This document shows positions 13,430 to 23,359 of a stretch of DNA of 64,000 nucleotides, one piece after another (position 1 is the first letter of the stretch; every line of letters begins with the position of its first letter). The notes under the pieces are model-generated. The model did not search any database. It was not told where the DNA came from and was given only the letters and a program-made list of their open reading frames with translations. The translations under genes were made by a program, and so were the position numbers. Source of the stretch: Blastocladiella emersonii ATCC 22665 (Eukaryota > Fungi > Blastocladiomycota); the NCBI GenBank assembly GCA_025594325.1, contig JANHCV010000009.1, positions 1,674,001-1,738,000 on the forward strand. The letters are read 5' to 3'.

Positions 13430-15139
13430 TCACCGTCTCCGCGATGCGCTCCGGCTGCGCCGCGCCGCGAGCACCTTGGCCGCGACCGCCGCCGCCGCCT
13501 CGGACCGGCGCCGCTTGGCCTTCTGCCACGCGTCCTTGAACCGCCGGTCCATGACCAGCGACAGCACCGGGTTCCACACGCAGATGAGCGACGCGAGCGC
13601 CCCGCTGACCGCGTCGAAGTGCGGCACCACCGGCCGCCCCGTCACCCACGCCCACAGCAGCTGCACGTCGTACATGCCCCACGACACAAAGTACGTGCCC
13701 ACGATGGCCACGCTGCGCCGCATCAGCATGAGCCCGAGCGACTGCGCCTCGCGCTGCGGGCCCTCGAATGACGCATCCGCCGCCGACTCGTCGAGCGAGC
13801 TGCCGCGGCCGACGGTTGCCCCGCTCGTGCTGCTGAGGCTGCCGCGTGGCGTTGTTCGACGCGGCGACCCAGATGACGCACCACCGCCGCCGCCGCCGCC
13901 GCTTCCACCCGAGGATGACGCGGCAGTCGACCCGCTGAGCAGCGGCCGCGTGCCGGACCCGCCCGACCCGGACGCGGGCGAGTACGAGTCGCCGAGGTCG
14001 CTCGCCGCGTCCGACTGCCACGACCCTTGGCGCCGCGGCAGGCCCGCGACGTTCGTGTCGACAGTGAGGAACTGCAGGTGCCCGTTGCCCGACGGCGGGC
14101 TGTGCCCGAGCGGGAGCGGCGGCTGCGGCTGCGTGTTTTCCTGCAGCGACTGCAGGACGTACGTGGTCAGCGGGCCGACGGCTTGCACCACGGCCGCGTC
14201 GTCCCGCTGGTCCTGCTGCTGCCGGTGCTGGATCAGCCGCTGCACGCGCCGCAGCGTCGAGCCCGGCGCGGGCGCCTGCTCGTCGATCCCGGGCATCGTG
14301 ACCTGTCCGTGGCTCGTGCGCCGGCTCGACCCGCCGCCGGCACCGCCGCCGCCATTGGACAGGAGCAGCGCAACCGAGCTCCGGACGCGTGCCGAGAAGC
14401 TGCCGCTGCGGTGCGACCCGGACCGCGACACGCGCCGGGACCAGTTGGACGCCGACTCGGCGAGCGCGCGCTGGTTGCGGTAGAAATCCGTGATGATGCG
14501 CGAGAAGGCGCCGACCAGCGTGACGGCCGTGACGTTGAGCACCGCGAAGATGATGACCTGGAACGTCACGTCGACGGGCACGCGGCTCGCCCAGTCGTAC
14601 GTGCAGTAGACGCCCGACGGCTGCGGCGCGTACCCGACGGTCCACGACTCGATGGACACGCCGAACGCGGCGGCGAGCGGCGGAAAGAGGAAGGGGAGCA
14701 CCGCCATGAACGCCGACGACACCCACAGGCCCGCGACGAGCAGCACGATGGTGCTGTGCGGGACCACCTTCTGCACGACGATGCGCATGTACCGCTCGTA
14801 CGTCATGAGCGAGATGGTCATCATGGACGACACCACGGCAATCTCGTTCATGGTGCCGTTGAACATGCACAGCGACGGCAGCGTGCGCAGGATCGTGCGC
14901 GGGTCCTCGTCCGCGAGCCGCGGGTCCGACCGGTAGAAAAAGTAGATGAAAAACGACGTGGGAAAGTTGACCGTCACAAACAGCAGGTCCGACGCCGCCA
15001 GCGACATGATGAGCAGGTTGACCGAGTTGCGGTACAGCTTGCCGCGCACGCCCAGGAACAGCAGCGTCCAGTTGAGCAGCGACGCCGTTCCGCCGATCAG
15101 GCACAGCCCGAGCGCCACGGGGCCCACTTGGTAGTCCAT
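13430..15139 (-). CDS. Class A (rhodopsin-like) GPCR, type-2 opsin-like, lacking the Schiff-base lysine, with a very long ICL3
   Basis: Seven hydrophobic segments. TM1 N, TM2 SLAASDLL, TM3 C...YERY, opsin-like ECL2 GYAPQPSGVYCTYDW, TM7 LASLICVWNPVL and helix 8 MDRRFKDAW. Single exon. Confidence 0.85.
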   Translation of the reverse strand: MDYQVGPVALGLCLIGGTASLLNWTLLFLGVRGKLYRNSVNLLIMSLAASDLLFVTVNFPTSFFIYFFYRSDPRLADEDPRTILRTLPSLCMFNGTMNEIAVVSSMMTISLMTYERYMRIVVQKVVPHSTIVLLVAGLWVSSAFMAVLPFLFPPLAAAFGVSIESWTVGYAPQPSGVYCTYDWASRVPVDVTFQVIIFAVLNVTAVTLVGAFSRIITDFYRNQRALAESASNWSRRVSRSGSHRSGSFSARVRSSVALLLSNGGGGAGGGSSRRTSHGQVTMPGIDEQAPAPGSTLRRVQRLIQHRQQQDQRDDAAVVQAVGPLTTYVLQSLQENTQPQPPLPLGHSPPSGNGHLQFLTVDTNVAGLPRRQGSWQSDAASDLGDSYSPASGSGGSGTRPLLSGSTAASSSGGSGGGGGGGASSGSPRRTTPRGSLSSTSGATVGRGSSLDESAADASFEGPQREAQSLGLMLMRRSVAIVGTYFVSWGMYDVQLLWAWVTGRPVVPHFDAVSGALASLICVWNPVLSLVMDRRFKDAWQKAKRRRSEAAAAVAAKVLAARRSRSASRRR

Positions 15140-15536
15140 GATTCCGCTGAAAATTGATTCATGGAACTAGAGAGCACACACGCAAGGCCCGCGCTTGTGC
15201 GCAGCTCGCCGCGTGGCCGGGCGTATGTGTCCCATGGTATCGCTGCATGGAGTGTGTGTCGATGCATTCTCTCTCCGCTTACGTCGCGGAGTCGTCAAAG
15301 AGCGTGGGTCCCTTTCGGGCTCAGGGGAAGCGAGAGCGAGGGCGATCGCTCGGCCCGACGCGCTGCGCCACTCTGCGGGTGCGAGACGCGTCGCCTTTCC
15401 GCCACGTCAAGCAGCTCACGTGCGGCGCCGCAGAAGGTCGCCGATCGCCCTGCTCTCGTCAGCACGCCTCCTCCTTCCCCATTCTCTCTCCCCTCAACCA
15501 ACCCAGTATCTGCAACGTATCAATCACGAAGCAACC

Positions 15537-16511
15537 ATGCGCTTCGACCTCGCGTTCCGCCTGTTCATGGCGCTGCTCGGCGTGTGCTTTGGCGCGAGCG
15601 CCGTGCACGCGCTCTTCTCGGCCAAGTCGGGCATGCCGCACTTCACGCAGTCGACCTTCAAGTCCGAGGTCATGGCGACAGAGCAGACGACGCTGGTGCT
15701 GTACTACGCGCCGTGGTGCGGGTACTGCAAGCAGTTCTCGCCCGCGTACGAGGCCGCGCGCAAGAAGCTCAAGGGCTACGCCAAGGTCGGCGCCATCAAC
15801 TGCGACGAGGAGCGCCAGCTGTGCGCCGACGCCGGCGTCCAGGGCTTCCCCGTCGTCAAGGCCTACTACACCAACCCCAAGACCCGCAAGCGCGTCGCCG
15901 TCGAGTACCAGGGCGACCGCTCCACCAAGTCGGTCACCGACTTTGCGCTCGACCGCCTGCCCAACTTTGTCAAGCCGCTGCGCGCCGGCACCGGCGGCAT
16001 GGCCCTCGACAAGTTCTACGCCCTCGAAAATGCCACCCTGCCCAAGCTCGTCGTCGTGAAGCCGCCCGCCAAGGCGCGCAAGGCCACCGCGAAGCTGCTC
16101 AAGGCCCTCGCCATCGACTACCACTACCGCGTCGTGTTCGGCGAGGTCACGGGCGCCGCGGCCGACGACGCCGTGTACGCCGACTTTGGCGTCGCGCCCA
16201 AGGACACGGCCGTGTTCGTGATCCCCGCGGCCGGCGCCGGCGACATGGTCAAGTACGACGGCGAGATCAAGCAGAAGCCCCTCCGCGCCTTCCTCGACGC
16301 CCACGCCGCCAAGGAGCCCGTCGGCAACAAGCGCGCGAGCAAGGCGGGCAAGGGCTCCGCGTCGTCGTCCAAGACTAAGACGAAGTCGAAGTCCAAGACG
16401 GCGGCGGCCGCGAGTACGGCTACCGCCACCGAGACTTCGGCCAAGCCGTCTCCGACTGCGACTGCGACCAAGAAGCCCAAGATCAAGGCGCCCGCGCACG
16501 ACGAGCTGTGA
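15537..16511 (+). CDS. Protein disulfide isomerase family (MPD1/PDIA6-like), ER-resident
   Basis: Signal peptide MRFDLAFRLFMALLGVCFGASAVHA, thioredoxin site YAPWCGYCK, GVQGFP, and C-terminal HDEL. ATG in CAACCATG context at 15537. Confidence 0.9.
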   Translation: MRFDLAFRLFMALLGVCFGASAVHALFSAKSGMPHFTQSTFKSEVMATEQTTLVLYYAPWCGYCKQFSPAYEAARKKLKGYAKVGAINCDEERQLCADAGVQGFPVVKAYYTNPKTRKRVAVEYQGDRSTKSVTDFALDRLPNFVKPLRAGTGGMALDKFYALENATLPKLVVVKPPAKARKATAKLLKALAIDYHYRVVFGEVTGAAADDAVYADFGVAPKDTAVFVIPAAGAGDMVKYDGEIKQKPLRAFLDAHAAKEPVGNKRASKAGKGSASSSKTKTKSKSKTAAAASTATATETSAKPSPTATATKKPKIKAPAHDEL

Positions 16512-16611
16512 TCTATTTTGCTCCATATAGAACGAACTTCCCTCTCGACACCGCGTGCAAAGTGTGTGGTACATCTTCCTCCTCCTTTACGCGAACACCT
16601 CTCGCTCCCCA

Positions 16612-18751
16612 TCAGTCGCTAATGTAGCCCTCACCCTCAGCAAAGCTAAACTCGCTCATGAAGTCCTTGAGGTGATGCGCGCCGCCCGCAGCGCCGCCGC
16701 CACCCTGCCCGGCACCTGGCGCCATGCTCAGGTCGTCGAGCGCGCCGAGGGCCTCGGAAAAGTAGTCGCCCGGCGACCGCCGCCCGTGCTGCTGCTGCTG
16801 CTGATGCGCGTGGTGGGACCCGCCGCGCGCGGGCGACGGCATGTACTTGATGGTCGACGAGTTGCGCGGCGCGTTGCCCGAGTTGTTGAGGCTGCCCGAG
16901 CTGCCGCTGTTGTCCGAGACCATCATGCCGCCACCGTTGCCGCCCGCCGCGCCGCCGGCCCCGCCGCCGCCGTACGACAGCGTCGAGCTGCTCGACATGC
17001 GCTGGGCGCGCGCGGCGCCCGACACCGACGCGTTGCGCGCGTGCTGCGCCACGGCGCCCGGGGACATGGTCGCGGTGTCGCCGCCGCCGCCGCGCATGCC
17101 GCCGAGGCCCTTGATGGGCGACGCGGCCGTGGACCCAGGCAGCGGGATGCTGGCCATGAGACCCTTGGTGGGCGTCATCATGGGGCTGCCGGCGGCGCCG
17201 CTGGGCCCGTTGTCGACGAGGACCGAGATGCCGCCCGAGCACTTGATGTCCAGCTGCACGTCGATCGAGTCGCGGAAGAACTTGAAGTCGTGCAGCTCCT
17301 GGCGCAGCTGCTGGTGGCGGGCCCACGAGAAGAGGAACTGGGTCGCGTCGCCGGCCTGCTGGTAGGCGAGGAAGCGCTCGAGGCGCAGGATCTCCTCGAG
17401 CTGGCGGTGCAGCTCGCACTCGTCGCTCGCCAGCACGTTGCGCTTGGCCTGCGTGATGGCGGCCAGGTCCGCCGTCGCCTTCTTGTAGATGTCGTCAATG
17501 TGCTGCTGCACCACGGCCGCGTGCTTGTCGAGCGCCTTGGACCGCGCCGACAGGCACACAACCTGGTTCTGGATGGCCTGCTTGCGGCTGGTGAGGATGT
17601 TGTCCGTCTATGCGCGCGACAGGAGGTAGTGAGTGGGATGTTCACGCGATAATCGAGTATGGAGGAAGTACCAGCTGAGACTCGGCCATGACGGTGGTGT
17701 AGGCCTCGCCGACCGAGACGAGCTTGTGCTTGGCGGCCTCGCCGGCGGCGTGGTGTCCGACCATCTTGCAGTAGACGCAGACGGGGACGTGGCACTGCGA
17801 GCAGAAGAACTCGATGAGCTTCTCCGGGTGGTGGCGGCAGTGGCCAAAGACGTCGGCGCCCTTGCCGATCGGGGTGCGGACGTGGCGCGACACGAGCTTG
17901 TTGGCCGAGTGCAGCTGGTGGTCGCACGACTTGCACAGGTTGGCCGAGTCGGCGGCGCAGTAGAACTCGGCGAGCGCCGTCTCGCAGTTGTCGCAGCTCG
18001 GTTTCTGTGCAGGGGTGGGCGTGGGGTGAGTTGACGAAGCGGGAGCTGAGTCAAGCAGAAGATGAGTACCTCGTGCAGCTTGCGCTCCTTCTCGGGGTCG
18101 TACTCATACTGGACGAGGTACATGGGCAGGACCTGGGCGGCGTTGGTCAAAAAGTACTCGTGGTAGTACTTGGCCTCGTCGCCGTCGGCGGCCTGGCGCA
18201 CGATGCTGTCATTCTCGAGCGGCAGGTACCAGCTGTCGTAGCCGTCGGGCAGCGGGTCGCGCGCGGCGCCGTCGGGCGAGTTGATGTAGGCGCGGCCGAT
18301 GCCGATCTTGCACAGGATGGCCTTGCGGATGTTCTTGCCCGCGGGACCCGAGGTGGTGCCGTTTGCGCCGCGGTCTACACAGGCGCGTCGTGGTCAGCTC
18401 GTGGACCCGCATCGGGAAAAGGTGAACAAGATAGGCACCCTTGGCGACGAGGTGCGAGACCTTGAGCGAGCCAATGCCAACCTTGAGGCCGGGGACCGTG
18501 TTGTTGAAGGCAAAGCCGCGGCGCAGCACCTCCTCCTCCGAGTTGGAGGCGGGCAGCAGGTTGGTGTCGACCCACGTGTCGAGGGTCAGGATGTCGTGGC
18601 ACCGCTTCTCGAACTGGACCGTGACGTGCGGGTTCGACAGCGCGTGCGCGGCGACGATGCGGGCCGACGACGCGCGCAGCGACAGCTGCAGAAAGTACTC
18701 GAGGTACGCGAACTGCGGGCTGTTGCTCGCGAGCGCGGTGCGTTCTGCCAT
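16612..18751 (-). CDS. PARP/ART-like domain + tandem B-box zinc fingers + coiled coil (TRIM-like) protein, 4 exons
   Basis: AILCKIGIGRAY...GYDSW...HEYFLTNAAQVLPMYLVQY resembles the PARP catalytic C-terminal half. B-boxes CDNCETALAEFYCAADSANLCKSCDHQLH and CRHHPEKLIEFFCSQCHVPVCVYCKMVGHH are followed by a coiled coil. GT-AG introns at about 18375-18438, 18008-18068 and 17609-17669. Confidence 0.8.
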
Positions 18752-19149
18752 GGCCGGTAGTGTGGTGGCGTGGTTGCGGTGGAGAGCAGGAGAGAGGGGA
18801 TGGCGGGTGCGACCGGACAAAAGAGAAAGGCGCGCGACGCGTCGCGAAACGCGTCGGGGCGGGAGACAGGGCGGCGCACGTGGCGCGCTCCGATCGTCAG
18901 GTGACGCGGATTTGACTGCCGGGTCGGCGCGGTCGGCGCGGCGCGGTTCCCGGGTCTCACGACGCCCGCGGCCCCCGCCCTCCCCCCACGCCCGCCCGCC
19001 CGCACACACCGCCACTGCATGCATCGCACCCCACTACCCATGTAAACTGAGCCTCGACGGCCGCACGCCCGATCCGCGACCCCCACCCGCCCGCCGCTGC
19101 CCGCTGCGCGCGCGACCCGCCCTCCATCCCCGCCCGCCCGCCCGCCACC

Positions 19150-22100
19150 ATGACCGGCCGCGGCGGCTCCATCGACGAGGCCGTCACCGCGCTCATCACC
19201 AAGCCGGTGTTCGCCGACAAGCTGTTCGCCATCTACCGCAAGAACGGCCTGGTCGCCCACGACCTGTTCGTCACCATCAACACGGACCCGACCGTCGTCG
19301 TGTCGCGCGCCAGCTCGGTGCGCCCGTCCTCGGCCGGCACCCCCGCCACCCTCTCCGCCACCTCCTCGGCGACCCACACGCCTGAGAGCTCGGGGGTCTC
19401 GCCCGCCGACGCGCCCGCCGGGCCGGGCGTGCTGCTCGCCGCGTCGGTGCTGCCCGCCCGCCCGCCGCGCCCGCCGCCACCGCTCCCGATCGCCCTCGAC
19501 TTCGACTTTGACGAGGAGCGCGACCGCCGCGAGTGGATGAACCCGGACGCGCTGCAGCAGTGGGTCCACGCCTTTGGCATCAACCCGCGCCTGTCGTTCC
19601 TCGAGGTGAAACACACCGAGGGCCTCCCGGCGCGCCGCCCGCGCGGCCACGACTGGGTCGTAAAGTCGCCGTCGCCCGACTCGCCGCCGCTCGCCCTCCC
19701 GTCCGGCGGCCCGCTCGCCATGCGCGACGCGCGCGACGGCTACGACGACCTCCTCGAAGACTATATCTGCCTCCGCGACCACCAGAATTTGACCTGGGCA
19801 CGGCAAAAGTATATACACCGCGTATTCTCTGCTCTACCTCTGCCCCTGCCTCTACCTCCCCCACCGTTGCCACAGGGGAATTTTCTGTTCACAGTGCTGA
19901 CACATAGCGCCGCTCTCCGCGTTCTAGTGTCACCGACGGCGAGACCCAGGAGCGCGGAAAGAACTTTGACAAGGCCCTCAAGCTCTACTCGACTGCCATC
20001 GAAATCTACCCCAAGCACATCCCCGCCTGGCTCGCCCGCGCCAAGCTGTACGGCTTCTCTTTGCTCTCGCTCACGCCCTCCGAACCAGCATGCTAATTGG
20101 CCGTCGCCTCGAACAGCCGCTTCCACCTCAACCAGTACACGGACGCCCTCTCCGACATCCGCTCCGTTCTCACCGAAGATGTGGCCCACCTCGAGGCCCG
20201 CGCCCTCGCTGCGACTCTCATCGAGCAGCTCGACATCAGCGAGAACGTGGACCTCCCCGGCTTCGGCAAAAACTCGTCGCCTTCACCTTCGCCTTCGCCC
20301 GCGCCACCCCAACCGGCTCCCGCACCCGCACCAGCACCCGCACCAGCAGTTGATCCACCAGCACCTGCAGATTCCGCTCGGGAACCCACCGCCGCCACCG
20401 CTCCCGCCGCCCCGCCACAAGCTGACCGCAGCAGCAGCAGTGGACCCCGCTTCGCCGACGAAGGCCCCGCACCCGCGCCGCCGACCCAGCCCGCCATCCG
20501 TGACCCCGGATCCAACCGCTCCGCCAACCCCATTACCCGCAACAACAGCGAGGACGACCTTCGGTCCCTCCACTCGCACCGCGGGCCCCACGATACCCCC
20601 GGTGGCGGTGCTGACGGCGACGGATCCAACCGGCTACCGCCTCGCCCACGCGATCGGGACCGTGAGCGCAATCGCGATCGTGACCGCGATCGCGACCGTA
20701 GTCGGTTCTCGGACCGGAGTCGCGACCGCGATCGCGACCGACGCGGACCCCGTCCCAGATCTACTTCCCCGCGGCCGCAGGGTCCCGGCTCGCCGCCGAC
20801 CAAGCGGCCGAGGCTTCAGTCGAACCACGGCAAGGACTGGCCTAGGAGGCGGTCTCGCTCGCGCTCGCGCTCGCGCACTCGGTTTGACGAGCGAACCCTC
20901 CCGCGCCGTCTCGAGCGGTTTGACGGCCGTGGACAGGGCAAGTACCCACGCCGCGACGACGTGCGGGAGTACCGCGACCAGAATCGCGGCTGGGATGACA
21001 ATCGCGCGCGCGGACCTGACCGCCGTTCTCAGTCCTCGGAATCCCGCCGCCACCGACGCGCCCGGTCCAAATCGCCCTCTTCGCACGCCCCGCATCCGCG
21101 CTCTCCGCCATTCCCGCTCCTGCGCGCCTTCGCGCCCGGCGGTGCGACCGCGAGCAGCACCGCCAGCAGCTTGCACGGCGCGAACCAGCGTCCGCGGTCG
21201 CCCGGCCCGCGCGTCGACCAGTTCGGCCGTCTCCGCAAGCAGCCGCAGTCTGGGTCGCGGTCGCGATCCCGCTCGCGCTCTACTTCTCCACCGCGACCCC
21301 GCCAGCGCACCCGATCGCGGTCCCGGTCGCGGTCCCCGCGCGGCCGTCGGTCAAGGTCCCCGTCGTATTACCGGAAACGGTCGCCGCAGCAATCCGCCCG
21401 CCGGCACCGCGACGCACACGGTCCGCCTGGCGCAGGGTCGGGACCGGCAAACCGTACGCGCGGACGGTCCGTGTCCCGCTCGCACTCGCGGTCCCCATCA
21501 CGGCGTACTGGTTCCCCGCGGCGCGGCCGCGCCCGGTCGTGGTCGCGCTCGCGCTCCCGCTCGCGGACCCCGCCATCGCGGGCGACTGGGGACTCGACCC
21601 CTCCTCGTGCTCGGTCCGCGCGTGCGGACGATCGCGCTCCGCGTAAGCACACGCGGACCGTCACGCGGTCGCGTTCACGCACCGTGTCTCGGTCCCGGTC
21701 CCGCTCGCGTTCGAGGTCGCGGTCCCGCTCGCGATCCGTATCGCGTGTCGGCACGCCGGCCAGCGAGAAACACGTTCCGCCCGCGCCGGTGTTCGAGGCA
21801 CGGGACGGGGCTGGACGGGAGTCGCCCCGTCGAGAGTCCCCGCGGCTTCACTCAGACTGGCATCCGCCGCCGCAGGTCGCCCCCACGGACCCGCTCACCG
21901 AATCGACGTCGGCTCCGGCTGCTTCCGCCGCCGCTGATCCCGCGCCGCCCAAGGCTGAATCGGTCGATACCAAACCACCATCCGCGCCTGCCGCCGCCGG
22001 CCCCGCACATGACGCACCGCAGCAAAAGGGGCCCATGTCGCCGTCGCTCGCGCTCCCGCCGCGCCCGGCCAAGATGTCGCCCGCGGTGCCGGTCCGCGGC

Positions 22101-23186
22101 CGCCTGCTGTCGGGATCCCGCGGCTCGCCCTCATCGAGGTTTTCGCCCGTCGCCAAGGGTAAGGCCGACCTCGCGCCCGTGGCGTCGCCTGCCCCGGCAG
22201 CTCCAGCGGCTGACATGAGCCAGCTCGGTCCGCTGCAGCAGCACCCGCTTCCTCCCCCGCCCCCGCCCGCGCTGGTGCTCCCGCAACCCGGACCGTCGGA
22301 CGCGGCACTACCTGCAGCGCCAGTCGCCGCGGCTGCCGCCCCTGCGTCCGACGCGCCGCCCGAGAAGAAAGCGCCGCAGCCGATCCAGTGGAAGACGCCG
22401 CCGCAGCGGAAACGGCCGCGCGACGTCGTCGAGAGCGACTGGGACCTGGCGTCGCCGCCGCCGAACCAGCAGCAGCAGCAGCAGCGGCCACCCACCCATC
22501 CGCAGCAGCGCCAGCCGAAACAGCAGCGGACGGACGCGCACGCGGTGGGGCCAAAGCGCGGCCCACTGCCCGCTGCCGCCGCGAGTGACGGCTCCGTCAG
22601 CGTGTCGCCCGCGGAGACGCCGATCCTGTCGAACCGCCTCTCGGGCATGCGCACCGCAAGCGGCGGTACCCCCGGCTGGCCCTCGGCCGACGAGATCGCC
22701 GCGCGCCGCGTCGCCGCGAGTCCTGCGGCGGCCCCGCTGGTCCCCGTCCCGTCCACCGCGCTGCCGCCTCCTCCCACGCTCCCGTCGCGCATCCCGCAGC
22801 CAACCGCTGGGCCGCGACACGCGCCCGCGCCGACCCGGCTGTCCGACAAGATGGTCATGGGCCCCTCCCCACAGGCGCCGACGAGTCCCGGGCCACGAAG
22901 CCCGCCTCACGGGAATGGCAGCGGACCCCGCGGCGGCGGTCACTTTGGCCGGCACGGGAGCGCTTCCCACCAGTCGATCGCGTCCCGCCTTAAGTCCCCG
23001 CCGGGCGTGGAGCGTCCACCAACCGCCTCGGAGCGCCGTAACGAGCGCAACGAGGGGACCCGGCCCGGGCACGCCTTCGGCCCGCGGAGAGGCGGCGGTG
23101 CGGGTGGCGGCGCCAACCAGCAGAACCCGCTGCACCTCTTCCTCACCAAGAACCGGCCTAACTGGCCGCACGGGCGCAAGAAGTGA
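19150..23186 (+). CDS. TPR protein with long RS/Pro-rich C-terminus (TTC14-like), 3 exons
   Basis: The spliced TPR pair WARQNVTDGETQERGKNFDKALKLYSTAIEIYPKHIPAWLARAKLRFHLNQYTDALSDIRSVL (introns about 19809-19928 and 20049-20117) is followed by RSRSRS/RDRD tracts. The TTC14 assignment is by pattern resemblance only. Confidence 0.7.
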
Positions 23187-23359
23187 GTACTCGTCGTGCG
23201 CGGGAGTTCGGTCCAGTTCTGAAAGATATATTGTGTCGATTACCGCTGCTGGTTCAGGCCAAGTGCGCCTTTGCTGAGCTGACGGGTTCGGTCGCCGTGG
23301 TGGGCTGTCCGCGGGCCCGGCCGCATCTAGTTGTTCGCCGCTAAACCACGGACTTTGGT

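Noticed and set aside
13430-15139. Functional light-sensing opsin
   Set aside because: The Schiff-base Lys position is Ser and both counterion positions are neutral.
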